Shown in pieces: positions 53,664-62,108 of a DNA stretch of 62,108 nt; positions within the stretch are counted from its first letter, which is position 1, and every line of letters begins with the position of its first letter. The translations under genes and the position numbers were made by a program. The stretch spans positions 1 to 62,108 of the forward strand of contig CALCGQ010000335.1 in assembly GCA_937901015.1 (NCBI GenBank), read 5' to 3'. The notes beneath the pieces are model-generated. The model was not told the DNA's origin. It was given only the letters and a program-made list of their open reading frames with translations, and did not search any database. Source of the stretch: an uncultured Bacteroidota bacterium. Its GTDB lineage: Bacteria; Bacteroidota; Bacteroidia; Bacteroidales; F082.

Positions 53664-55115
53664 CTAGTGTTTGATTAGCTCTTTGTAATTATTATATCGT
53701 TCAAGTATATCTTGCACGAACATAAATGTTTCATTACCTCTTACGTATCCATTATACACCACAGGATCGTGATAATATTTCTTTTCTGATAGATGCAGCA
53801 CACAGCTATCTACATTGTTTGTCCATATATTAGGATCCTTACCATATTTTGTGGCTAATCTTCGAGCATCAAGTACATGACCGAGGCCACAATTATAAGA
53901 AGCCATGAGAAATTTCTTTTGTTCAACTGTATCAACTATTTCTTCAGGCAATTGTCTTCTAATATACCTAAGATGCTTAGCTCCAGCAATTAACTGTTGT
54001 TGAGGTGTAGCATTGGTATCTAAGCCTGATTCCTCAAGAACATTAGGCATAAGTTGCATAAGCCCAAAGGCACCAACCCAGGATCTTACATTTGGTTTAA
54101 ATTCCGATTCCTGATATACCAGTGATGCTAGTAATAACCAATCCCAATCAATGATTTTTGCAGCTTCTTTTATTTCATTATCATAAGGAGAAAGGTGCCC
54201 ACCAGTATATGAATTGTATTGACTGTTAACAATCTTCCTTGACCGTATATTTTTAAAGTATTTATTATATAACAGCCTGGCATTTAGGGTACCATTGAAT
54301 TTTTCCATCCATGAGTTAAGAGTATCAACAAGATCCATTTGGCCAAATTGAGCAGCCCATGCAATTTTTTGAGGGAAACTAATTGGCGTTTTTACATCGA
54401 TATTAGGATAATACCTTCTATTCACAATAGCAATATGTTCATCGGCAACCGTATAATCTATTTCTCCAATTGAAACCGCATATATTAAATCTTCCACATC
54501 ACGATCATCAGCAATAACAGTAATTGTATCGGCAATTTCATTACTCAGAGTTGCCAATCGATCTTCAAATATTGTTCCCTCCTGAACATATACTTCAACA
54601 TTTGCAAGGTCCAATGGGTTACGTAACATATGAGATTCTATTTCATCGGCAGTTTCCATTTTCTGATATCCATCAGGCTTTTTCTGAACAAGTACTTGTC
54701 GGGTAGTTAATATTGGTAATGTAAAAGCAAGTTTTGTCGATCTTTCAGATGTAACCGTTAAACCCATAGCGAGTAAATCTATCTTGTTGCTGTCAAGCAT
54801 ATCAATGCCATTCTGCATATTGCTTTCTATTACAAGCTGCAGTTCAACACCTAGTTGTTTTGTAAATTCTTTTAGTAATTCATATTGATAACCAATTGGT
54901 TCTCCTCGATAAATAAGATAGCTAAGGGATCCATAATCAGTGGCTGCTCGTAGTACTCCTCTGGACAAAATACTGTCGAGTACAGCATGTGTGGATTCCA
55001 CCTTTACGGTTTGATTAACATTTTTCTCATGCTCAGCTACTGGTGCATTGCATGAATAAATAATTGCCAGAATAATAACTATACTTATGATAGTTTGATT
55101 TCTCATAAATTTCAT
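53664..55115 (-). CDS. mltF: membrane-bound lytic murein transglycosylase F-like (solute-binding domain + SLT domain)
   Basis: Lipobox-like AIIYSC. An SBP_bac_3-like N-terminal half is followed by the SLT catalytic region LVYQESEFKPNVRSWVGAFGLMQLMP…ASYNCG. Confidence 0.85.
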   Translation of the reverse strand: MKFMRNQTIISIVIILAIIYSCNAPVAEHEKNVNQTVKVESTHAVLDSILSRGVLRAATDYGSLSYLIYRGEPIGYQYELLKEFTKQLGVELQLVIESNMQNGIDMLDSNKIDLLAMGLTVTSERSTKLAFTLPILTTRQVLVQKKPDGYQKMETADEIESHMLRNPLDLANVEVYVQEGTIFEDRLATLSNEIADTITVIADDRDVEDLIYAVSIGEIDYTVADEHIAIVNRRYYPNIDVKTPISFPQKIAWAAQFGQMDLVDTLNSWMEKFNGTLNARLLYNKYFKNIRSRKIVNSQYNSYTGGHLSPYDNEIKEAAKIIDWDWLLLASLVYQESEFKPNVRSWVGAFGLMQLMPNVLEESGLDTNATPQQQLIAGAKHLRYIRRQLPEEIVDTVEQKKFLMASYNCGLGHVLDARRLATKYGKDPNIWTNNVDSCVLHLSEKKYYHDPVVYNGYVRGNETFMFVQDILERYNNYKELIKH

Positions 55116-55167
55116 CTGAAATCTGAGACTAAAGTACTAAAAAATACACATGTTTATACTAACTTAT

Positions 55168-55175
55168 TATCTTTG
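55168..55175 (+). promoter_or_regulatory. candidate -7 box for the Cys-rich lipoprotein gene
   Basis: TATCTTTG lies 27 nt upstream of ATG 55203. Confidence 0.4.
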
Positions 55176-55202
55176 TAGGGTTACATAGCAAATCGATAAG
55201 TG

Positions 55203-56849
55203 ATGATGGATAGCCAAAGCAAGTTTATTTCAATAGCGTTTATAGCCGTATTAACTTTGTTATTATCTGTGGGAAGTTATTCATGTAAGAAGATTGTTAA
55301 TCCAAATGCAGGAAAAAATACAAAAGATACTATTCAATATACTTTTTTAAAAACCCGAGTATTTGCACAATTTGTAGATGCAGCTACAAATGAAAATATA
55401 ACCTCTTATGATGGAAGTATTCTTTCTGTTGAAATCGTCGGAAAGTCAAATATGATGGTTGCTGATATTCTTGGTGTTAACAAAGAAAAGTATTATCCGC
55501 AGAATGGTCTGCTATCATTTAGTTTGCTTCCTGATATGGCTCCATCACCTTCATCTCCAGTAGTTTTCACAATAAAAACTAAATTATTGGGATATCTACC
55601 TGCTTTCAAAGAGGTTACAATAACAAGCGAGGGAGATTATTACATAAAAATTCCACTGGTTTATTTGGAAATGCCACCCGAAGGGATAATAATTGAGACC
55701 CTTAATAATGTTGGAAACTTATACAAGGGTGTAGTTAATTCTGATATTGTGATTACAACAACTTCTGGAGAAGCTAAAATTACCATACCAGCAGGAGCAA
55801 AATTGTCGGCATCGGATAGCACATTCCTATCCGGTAACCTATTCCTTAAATTGATTTATCACAACCTTGATAGCGACATTGGAATGGCTACGATATCAGG
55901 AGGTGTTAATAGTTCAATTATTAAGGACAATAACATTGCAAATGCCCTTTTCTTCCCTGGAGCTGTATTAGATCTAATAATAACCGATAGTGATTATAAA
56001 GATGCTGCTTATCTTGAAGATAAAAAACTTGAAATAGAAGTCGTCATTCCCAATGGAACATACAACCCTTCTGTATGGTCAAACTACAAGAATGGAGATA
56101 ATATTGATGTGGCTGTTTATTTACCCGATACAGGGTTGTGGTCATATGAAGAATCTGCAATAATAACAACAGGTAATGGCGGGCTTATTGCTTCAACAAG
56201 CACATTCGGGTTACACAGTTACATTTTTGGTAACTATAAATCCATTGTTTGTAATGATGGTCCTTCCTTTAAACTAGCAGGTGGATGTCAGCAATGTGGA
56301 TCAATACTACTTGATGGAATATTAAGAAAAGAAATAGATGATTCATTCATTTCAAGAATAACTGTGGCGGCAAACTGGGAGGGAACCTCAAGTATTTCAG
56401 AAAGAACAGGAAACACAAAGGCATATATTGATTGGGGTGAGAACAATAATTGCAATAGCTGTTCCATAGACCCTTCGGTAAGCCCAACTTCCATTGATAA
56501 TATGTGTACGCAAGCCACCATCAGTCTTCCACTAATAGATAATGGTACAAGTGTAATATCTATAAATGCAAATTTTAATGGTCAATGTTTATCCGATACA
56601 AACTTTATTATCCTTCCCTCCTTTGGTATATGGACACGACATATTGACTCTCCTTGCTGGAGATGGTCATCAATGGAAAACGGAGTTGCCAATATTTGCA
56701 ACCTAAATTTTGGGGAAACATACATTATTGGGACACATTTCGATGATATGTGGCAACAATGGGAAATAACCATTGACAATGAATCAGACTATAATTTTAC
56801 TTTAGAATTTTCTGATCATGTTTGCAATGACATCTTTGGAATACTTTAA
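55203..56849 (+). CDS. hypothetical Cys-rich lipoprotein
   Basis: MMDSQSKFISIAFIAVLTLLLSVGSYSC has a lipobox. Ig/transthyretin-like N-terminal segments are followed by a C-terminal ~200 aa carrying 12 of the mature protein's 13 Cys (CNDGPSF…GGCQQCGS…NNNCNSCS…NMCTQ…GQCLSD…SPCWRW…NICN…HVCND). The track starts at GTG 55200. Confidence 0.7.
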   Translation: MMDSQSKFISIAFIAVLTLLLSVGSYSCKKIVNPNAGKNTKDTIQYTFLKTRVFAQFVDAATNENITSYDGSILSVEIVGKSNMMVADILGVNKEKYYPQNGLLSFSLLPDMAPSPSSPVVFTIKTKLLGYLPAFKEVTITSEGDYYIKIPLVYLEMPPEGIIIETLNNVGNLYKGVVNSDIVITTTSGEAKITIPAGAKLSASDSTFLSGNLFLKLIYHNLDSDIGMATISGGVNSSIIKDNNIANALFFPGAVLDLIITDSDYKDAAYLEDKKLEIEVVIPNGTYNPSVWSNYKNGDNIDVAVYLPDTGLWSYEESAIITTGNGGLIASTSTFGLHSYIFGNYKSIVCNDGPSFKLAGGCQQCGSILLDGILRKEIDDSFISRITVAANWEGTSSISERTGNTKAYIDWGENNNCNSCSIDPSVSPTSIDNMCTQATISLPLIDNGTSVISINANFNGQCLSDTNFIILPSFGIWTRHIDSPCWRWSSMENGVANICNLNFGETYIIGTHFDDMWQQWEITIDNESDYNFTLEFSDHVCNDIFGIL

Positions 56850-57151
56850 AGCCTCATTGTTGAAGTAAAATCAAAATAAGTAACAGTAATATAAATCAAT
56901 ATAGCTGTAAGTACTAAGGCAATAATCAATGCAGAAACTTTCTTAAGATTTTCCACCTTGTTCTTCTCACGTAACTCATCTCTAACATCGGCCAACTCAG
57001 AATCGGTAAGATGCTTATATGGTTTAGGTTTATCAATATCGGATTTAACCCCACATCTATCTTTGTCAAAATACTTTTTTCTTTGAAGTCTTAGACTTTT
57101 ATTGTTTTTAAGACTAATATACATTGCTGCCAATGTACCACCAGCACTCAT
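56846..57151 (-). CDS. hypothetical tail-anchored small membrane protein
   Basis: 101 aa. A K/R/D/E-rich N-terminal 70 aa is followed by one C-terminal TM helix (VSALIIALVLTAILIYITV). Its 3' end overlaps the convergent gene by 4 nt. Confidence 0.4.
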   Translation of the reverse strand: MSAGGTLAAMYISLKNNKSLRLQRKKYFDKDRCGVKSDIDKPKPYKHLTDSELADVRDELREKNKVENLKKVSALIIALVLTAILIYITVTYFDFTSTMRL

Positions 57152-57215
57152 AATACTAAATTTAAGTTTGTTTTATCTTTCCATTATTGAATTATAGAAT
57201 AAAGGTTGAATGGTT

Positions 57216-57989
57216 TTACCATTCTGGTTTGCGTTTTTCCAAGAAAGCCGTCATCCCAACTTTTCCTTCGTTGCCTTCTCCAAATAAAGTTCCAAATTCC
57301 TTAGCTTCCAGTTTTTCACCTTCACAAAAACTTGACTCCATACCTTCCCTTACAACCTTCTTAACTTTTTTGATTGCCTGTGAACCTTTGGATGCAATTA
57401 TTCCAGCTATTTTCATGGTTTCCTCCATCAACGCTTCGGGTTCAAATACCTTTTGAACGAGTCCTATTCTTAAAGCATCTTCAGCTCCAATCATGTCTGC
57501 TGTCATCAGTAGATATAATGCATCACCCATACCTGTTAATCTTGGTAATCGCTGAGTTCCAGCATATCCTGGAATTAATCCAAGATTAACTTCTGGCTGA
57601 CCAAACTTTGCCTTTGTACTTGCAATTCTAAAATCACATCCCATGGCCAATTCAAGTCCGCCACCAAGTGCAAATCCATTAATTGCAGCTATGACAGGAA
57701 TGTCCATTTTACCAAAACTACTAAAAGTATTTTGTCCAAGTTCTGAAAATTCAGTTCCTTCCTGTCCGTTTTTATTAACCATTTCAGCAATATCTGCACC
57801 AGCAACAAAAGCTTTACCATCACCGGTAATTACCATCACTTTGACTTCTTTGTTATTTGATATTTCTTCCACCAATTGGTCCATTTCATGAAAGAATCTG
57901 GTATTAAGAGCATTCATCGCCTTTGGGCGGCTGATTGTTATAAGAGCTATGCCGTTTGTTATTTCTGTGCTGAGTATTTCGTAATTCAT
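57216..57989 (-). CDS. crt: short-chain enoyl-CoA hydratase (crotonase)
   Basis: 257 aa. ITGDGKAFVAGADIAEM, AAINGFALGGGLELAMGCDFRIAS and GLIPGYAGTQRLPRL are the crotonase-fold oxyanion and catalytic-Glu contexts. Confidence 0.9.
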   Translation of the reverse strand: MNYEILSTEITNGIALITISRPKAMNALNTRFFHEMDQLVEEISNNKEVKVMVITGDGKAFVAGADIAEMVNKNGQEGTEFSELGQNTFSSFGKMDIPVIAAINGFALGGGLELAMGCDFRIASTKAKFGQPEVNLGLIPGYAGTQRLPRLTGMGDALYLLMTADMIGAEDALRIGLVQKVFEPEALMEETMKIAGIIASKGSQAIKKVKKVVREGMESSFCEGEKLEAKEFGTLFGEGNEGKVGMTAFLEKRKPEW

Positions 57990-58036
57990 TTTTTAGATTT
58001 TTATGTAAAGACCAAAGTTAGGAAAAAACATTTAAT

Positions 58037-58068
58037 CAATGAGACAATGAGACAATGAGAGAATGATT
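58037..58068. repeat. 8-bp tandem repeat CAATGAGA x3 plus one degenerate unit
   Basis: The units are caatgaga caatgaga caatgaga gaatgatt, in the crt/rmuC divergent spacer. Confidence 0.8.
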
Positions 58069-58081
58069 TAATAAAAGTCCA

Positions 58082-58122
58082 AACTCTAAACTCACCCTAA
58101 ACAACCCAGAACTCTAAACTCA
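58082..58122. repeat. 13-bp direct repeat AACTCTAAACTCA x2 in a G-poor tract
   Basis: Copies are at 58082-58094 and 58110-58122, and a further GAACTC follows. The plus strand of 58078-58140 has only two G. Confidence 0.8.
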
Positions 58123-58180
58123 GAACTCCAATCCCATCAAAATTAATTATAACTTTATCAATTCTAAAAATATCAGTAAA

Positions 58181-59665
58181 ATGGAATTATACCTATTGAT
58201 AACCAGCATTGTATTAATTATTGCTACTCTTTTTGTATTAATATTTAGCCGAAAAGGGAAGAATAATGATGATAACGTAAAAAATGAAATCATCTCCTCC
58301 ATTAAGGAAGAATTAAATGAAACCCGTCGTGAGAACCGTGAACTGAATAAGGAAAATCGTGAGGAAATAGTTGGCCTTTTTAGAGAATTACAGGACTCGT
58401 TAATGAAAAGAATATCTGAAAACATAAGTCACCAAAAAGAGCAGCTGGATTCATTTTCCAGATCATTAGTTGATCTAAGCGACAAGCTACTTAAGAATTA
58501 CTCCGAATTTAGGGAGGCTAGTAAATCTGACGCCAAGGAAAATCGCGACGAACTGGTAAAGGGACTTAAATCATTTGAAGATAAATTTAACGAGAATACA
58601 AAGCTACTTAACGAACATTTGAGGCAGCGTTTTGATGACCTGAGTAAGCAACAATCTGAGTTTAATAAACAATCGAAAGATAGCATAAAAGACATTAAAG
58701 AAACCATTGAAAAACATCTAACAGCAATAAAAGAAGACAATACTACACAGCTCAATGAAATGCGCAAAACTGTTGATGAAAAACTTCAAACAACGCTTGA
58801 AAAAAGGCTGGGAGAATCATTTAAACAGGTAAGCGAACGCCTGGAGTTGGTTCATAAAGGACTAGGTGAAATGCAGAAACTGGCAACAGGTGTAGGTGAC
58901 CTTCAAAAAGTATTGTCGAATGTTAAAACACGAGGTATACTTGGTGAGTATCAGCTGGGTAATATTCTAGAACAGATACTTTCTCCGGAGCAATACTCTC
59001 AAAACGTTGCTACAAAGAAAGGTAGTCAGGCTAATGTTGAGTTTGCAATTAACCTACCCGGAAAGATTGATGAAAATGAAGTTTGGTTACCCATCGACTC
59101 CAAATTCCCGATAGAAAATTATCAGCTACTTATGGACGCATATGATGAAGGAGATAAAACAAAAATTGATATAAGTCAGAAAGTATTACTCAAATCCATC
59201 GAAGTCTTTGCCAAAACAATAAGTGATAAATATATCGATCCTCCACATACAACTGACTTTGCAATCATGTTTTTACCCGTTGAAGGATTGTACGCGGAAG
59301 TACTTCGCCATCCGGGAACATTCGAAAAACTACAGCGCGAATATCATATAACCGTAACCGGGCCCACTACTCTATCTGCATTATTAAATAGTTTACAGAT
59401 GGGCTTCAGGACTCTGGCAGTTCAAAAACGTAGTAGTGAGGTTTGGAAAGTTCTTTCAGGAGTAAAAACTGAATTTGGAAAATTCTCAGAACATTTATCT
59501 AAGGTTCATAAGCAAATTAATACAGCTTCAGGATCACTTGACACATTAATAAGCACTCGTACCAGTGCAATGGAACGAAAACTAAGAAGTGTGGAAACGC
59601 TTGAATCGATTGAACCGGACGATACCTTTGAATTGAACTTACCAACAGACAACGAGGAAATTTAG
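58181..59665 (+). CDS. rmuC: DNA recombination protein RmuC
   Basis: An N-terminal TM helix is followed by a ~250-aa coiled coil and then the RmuC nuclease-like core (TRGILGEYQLGNILEQIL…FAIMFLPVEGLYAEV…HITVTGPTTLSALLNSLQMGF). Confidence 0.85.
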   Translation: MELYLLITSIVLIIATLFVLIFSRKGKNNDDNVKNEIISSIKEELNETRRENRELNKENREEIVGLFRELQDSLMKRISENISHQKEQLDSFSRSLVDLSDKLLKNYSEFREASKSDAKENRDELVKGLKSFEDKFNENTKLLNEHLRQRFDDLSKQQSEFNKQSKDSIKDIKETIEKHLTAIKEDNTTQLNEMRKTVDEKLQTTLEKRLGESFKQVSERLELVHKGLGEMQKLATGVGDLQKVLSNVKTRGILGEYQLGNILEQILSPEQYSQNVATKKGSQANVEFAINLPGKIDENEVWLPIDSKFPIENYQLLMDAYDEGDKTKIDISQKVLLKSIEVFAKTISDKYIDPPHTTDFAIMFLPVEGLYAEVLRHPGTFEKLQREYHITVTGPTTLSALLNSLQMGFRTLAVQKRSSEVWKVLSGVKTEFGKFSEHLSKVHKQINTASGSLDTLISTRTSAMERKLRSVETLESIEPDDTFELNLPTDNEEI

Positions 59666-59705
59666 ATGTACATCCAATAAAGTATCTTTACAAAAAATTC
59701 ATCTG

Positions 59706-61691
59706 ATGCCAACTCTCAACCTCATAAAAAACGATAGCTTTCTTAAACCATTTGAGAAAACAATAACCTATCGATACAGTAATAGCATACTTAAAGAAAG
59801 CGAATTGACCAACCGTAACGGCTCAATAAAGGATAGTGCAAATGGACATCTATATTATGGCTTGCATAAGCATGCTGATAACTGGATAATTCGTGAATGG
59901 GCTCCCAATGCAACTTCAATATATTTGGTTGGTGATTTCTCACAATGGAAACCTCTGGAGAAGTTTCAGTTTAAAAATATTGGAAACGGAAACTGGGAGT
60001 TAATATTACCGGCTGTATCACTTCACCATGGTATGTTGTATAAGCTACTAATCAGCTGGGGAAAAGGTGATCATGAACGCATACCTGCCTATTGTCGTCG
60101 TGTAATTCAGGATGAAGAAACAAAGATTTTTTCAGCACAGGTTTGGCATCCTCAAAATAAGTATGAGTGGAAAAATAAACAACCCGGCAAAGTTCATAAC
60201 CCTATAATTTATGAAGCTCATATTGGGATGGCAACAAGTGACCATAGAGTAGGAACATACATCGAATTTACAAATGAAGTACTTCCGCGTATTGCAGCTC
60301 TTGGTTATAATACAATTCAGTTGATGGCCATTCAAGAACATCCATATTATGGTTCATTCGGATATCAGGTTAGTAACTTTTTTGCTCCCTCATCAAGATT
60401 TGGAACTCCGGAAGAACTCAAAAGACTAATTGATACTGCACATGGTTTAGGCATCAGTGTCATTCTCGATATTGTTCATTCTCATGCGGTAAAGAATGAA
60501 ACCGAAGGACTTGCCAAGTTTGATGGAACTGACTATCAATATTTCCATGGTGGCTCAAAAGGTGATCATCCTGTTTGGGATTCTAGGTGTTTTAATTATG
60601 GTAGAGATGAAGTAATTCATTTTCTTCTTTCAAACTGTAAGTATTGGCTTGATGAGTTTAAGTTTGATGGATTTCGATTCGATGGTGTAACTAGTATGAT
60701 TTACACTCACCATGGCTTGGAAATTGATTTTGTTGATTATGGAATGTATTATGATGGAAATCAGGATGATGATGCTTTAACATACCTTGCTTTGGCAAAC
60801 AAGCTTATACATGAAGTTAACCCAGATGCCATTACAATTGCTGAAGATGTAAGCGGAATGCCAGGAATTGCATCTCCTTTTAAAGATGGAGGAATTGGAT
60901 TCGATTTCCGCATGTCGATGGGGGTTGCTGATTATTGGATTAAGACTATAAAGGAGAAAAAAGACGAAGAATGGCAGGTTGGGGATATCTATTATCAGCT
61001 AACAAATAAACGTGCAGATGAACGTACAATAAGCTATGCGGAAAGTCATGATCAGGCAATGGTCGGGGATCAAACAATCATCTTTAGGTTAATCGACAAA
61101 GAAATGTATACTTCCATGCAGGTTGTTGATGAAAACCTCGTGGTGGATCGTGGCATTGCCTTACACAAGATGATAAGATTAGTTTCTTTGGCAACTGCTG
61201 GAGATGGCTATTTAAACTTCATGGGAAATGAATTCGGTCATCCAGAATGGATTGACTTTCCACGTGTAGGAAATGAGTGGAGTTATCATTACGCTAGGAG
61301 GCAATGGGAATTATCTGAAAATAAAACCCTTAGGTATTATCAACTAAATGAATTTGATAAGGGAATGATTCAACTTATTTCTAATTCGAATATATTGTCA
61401 GAAAAGCCGTCTCTAATTTTTCAGAATGAAAGTGATCAAGTATTGGTTCTTGAGCGTGGAGATCTTCTCTTTGTATTCAACTTTAATCCCAATAGATCAT
61501 TTACGGATTATGGCATTGAAACCAAACCAGGAAAGTATTCAACGCTGCTTAATACAGACAATAATAATTATGGTGGTTTTGGAAGAAATGATGATGCGAT
61601 ACCACATATTACTCAGCATGAAAATGGCACGAATATGCTAAAACTATATCTACCAAACCGTTCAGCAAGTATATTAAAAATGGTGGAATAA
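59706..61691 (+). CDS. glgB: 1,4-alpha-glucan branching enzyme, eukaryote-like GH13 type
   Basis: GH13 regions are VILDIVHSH, FDGFRFDGVTSMIY, TIAEDVSGMP and YAESHDQAMVGD. The stretch RDEVIHFLLSNCKYWLDEFKFDGFRFDGVTSM closely resembles animal and fungal GBE1 as I remember it. Confidence 0.9.
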   Translation: MPTLNLIKNDSFLKPFEKTITYRYSNSILKESELTNRNGSIKDSANGHLYYGLHKHADNWIIREWAPNATSIYLVGDFSQWKPLEKFQFKNIGNGNWELILPAVSLHHGMLYKLLISWGKGDHERIPAYCRRVIQDEETKIFSAQVWHPQNKYEWKNKQPGKVHNPIIYEAHIGMATSDHRVGTYIEFTNEVLPRIAALGYNTIQLMAIQEHPYYGSFGYQVSNFFAPSSRFGTPEELKRLIDTAHGLGISVILDIVHSHAVKNETEGLAKFDGTDYQYFHGGSKGDHPVWDSRCFNYGRDEVIHFLLSNCKYWLDEFKFDGFRFDGVTSMIYTHHGLEIDFVDYGMYYDGNQDDDALTYLALANKLIHEVNPDAITIAEDVSGMPGIASPFKDGGIGFDFRMSMGVADYWIKTIKEKKDEEWQVGDIYYQLTNKRADERTISYAESHDQAMVGDQTIIFRLIDKEMYTSMQVVDENLVVDRGIALHKMIRLVSLATAGDGYLNFMGNEFGHPEWIDFPRVGNEWSYHYARRQWELSENKTLRYYQLNEFDKGMIQLISNSNILSEKPSLIFQNESDQVLVLERGDLLFVFNFNPNRSFTDYGIETKPGKYSTLLNTDNNNYGGFGRNDDAIPHITQHENGTNMLKLYLPNRSASILKMVE

Positions 61692-61704
61692 AAGCGAATT
61701 CAGA

Positions 61705-62108
61705 ATGATACCACAAAAAATAGTCTGTATGGGAGATAGTCTAACAGAAGGCTACGGAATAAAGCTTGATTCTGATTGGCCATCTTTGTTAGAAAAAACA
61801 ATAGATCACAATTTCATTAATAGTGGAATTAGTGGAGATACTACAGCAGGGATGTTAGCACGTTTTCAGCATATGGTGATTGACCATAAACCTGACTATG
61901 TAATTATTATGGGTGGTGCAAATGATATTAGTCTCGATATACCAGAAAATCAGATTATTGGTAATATCCTAGCCATGACAAGGTTGGCAAGATATCATAA
62001 TATACAATCGATTATTGGTATTCCTCCTCCTTTTTTCCAGTCTAATCATAACGAAGATGATTCTATGTTTATCAAGTTGCCAGTTTTTGAGAATCGACTG
62101 GTTAAATA
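61705..62108 (+). CDS. SGNH/GDSL-family hydrolase (3' end outside the window)
   Basis: The hand-translated frame stays open to the window edge: MIPQKIVCMGDSLTEGYG (block I GDS), NSGISGDTT (block II), IIMGGANDI (block III). It is absent from the ORF track because there is no stop. Confidence 0.75.
   Translation, partial: MIPQKIVCMGDSLTEGYGIKLDSDWPSLLEKTIDHNFINSGISGDTTAGMLARFQHMVIDHKPDYVIIMGGANDISLDIPENQIIGNILAMTRLARYHNIQSIIGIPPPFFQSNHNEDDSMFIKLPVFENRLVK

Noticed and set aside
58037-58068. Possible CRISPR or other spaced-repeat array.
   Set aside because: There are only three and a half contiguous 8-bp units with no spacers and no cas genes. Nowhere in the window is there a run of 25-40-bp repeats separated by unique spacers.

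Overview
This is a 62.1-kb AT-rich chromosomal segment (roughly one-third G+C by eye, not computed). It reads as Bacteroidota: YPNP-type T9SS C-terminal sorting domains, TAnnTTTG -7 promoter boxes, and Gln at +1 of most predicted signal-peptidase sites. ptb-buk, crotonase, glutaryl-CoA dehydrogenase and a flavin-reductase/rubredoxin fusion suggest an anaerobic or facultative lifestyle (inference). I call 49 CDS: two truncated by the window edges and one 39-codon micro-ORF absent from the ORF track. I found no rRNA, tRNA, CRISPR array, transposase, integrase or phage gene. About two thirds of the window is ordinary housekeeping (pabABC, cysS, lysS, pfkA, nhaA, tatA, mltF, rmuC, glgB and others). 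I did not find a compact, self-evident new defence, toxin or mobile system. The unusual content is as follows. (1) An 11.8-kb tandem island of four giant T9SS cargo genes (26743-38505) is built from a shared domain kit. The 1150-aa gene is a head/tail chimera: its Asp-box propeller head is paralogous to the 1078-aa gene, and its last 324 aa plus its terminator stem match the neighbouring S8 protease (248/324 identical by hand count, ungapped). (2) A second T9SS pair (48128-53210) contains a secreted Porphyromonas-PAD-like guanidino-modifying enzyme next to a 970-aa multi-propeller protein. (3) A His-rich membrane protein lies upstream of a TonB-dependent receptor, with a Fur-box-like hexamer array between them. 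(4) An archaeal-type GGGP-synthase-family gene is preceded by a tightly coupled micro-ORF. All functional calls rest on motif recognition by eye. No BLAST, HMM, SignalP or RNA folding was run.
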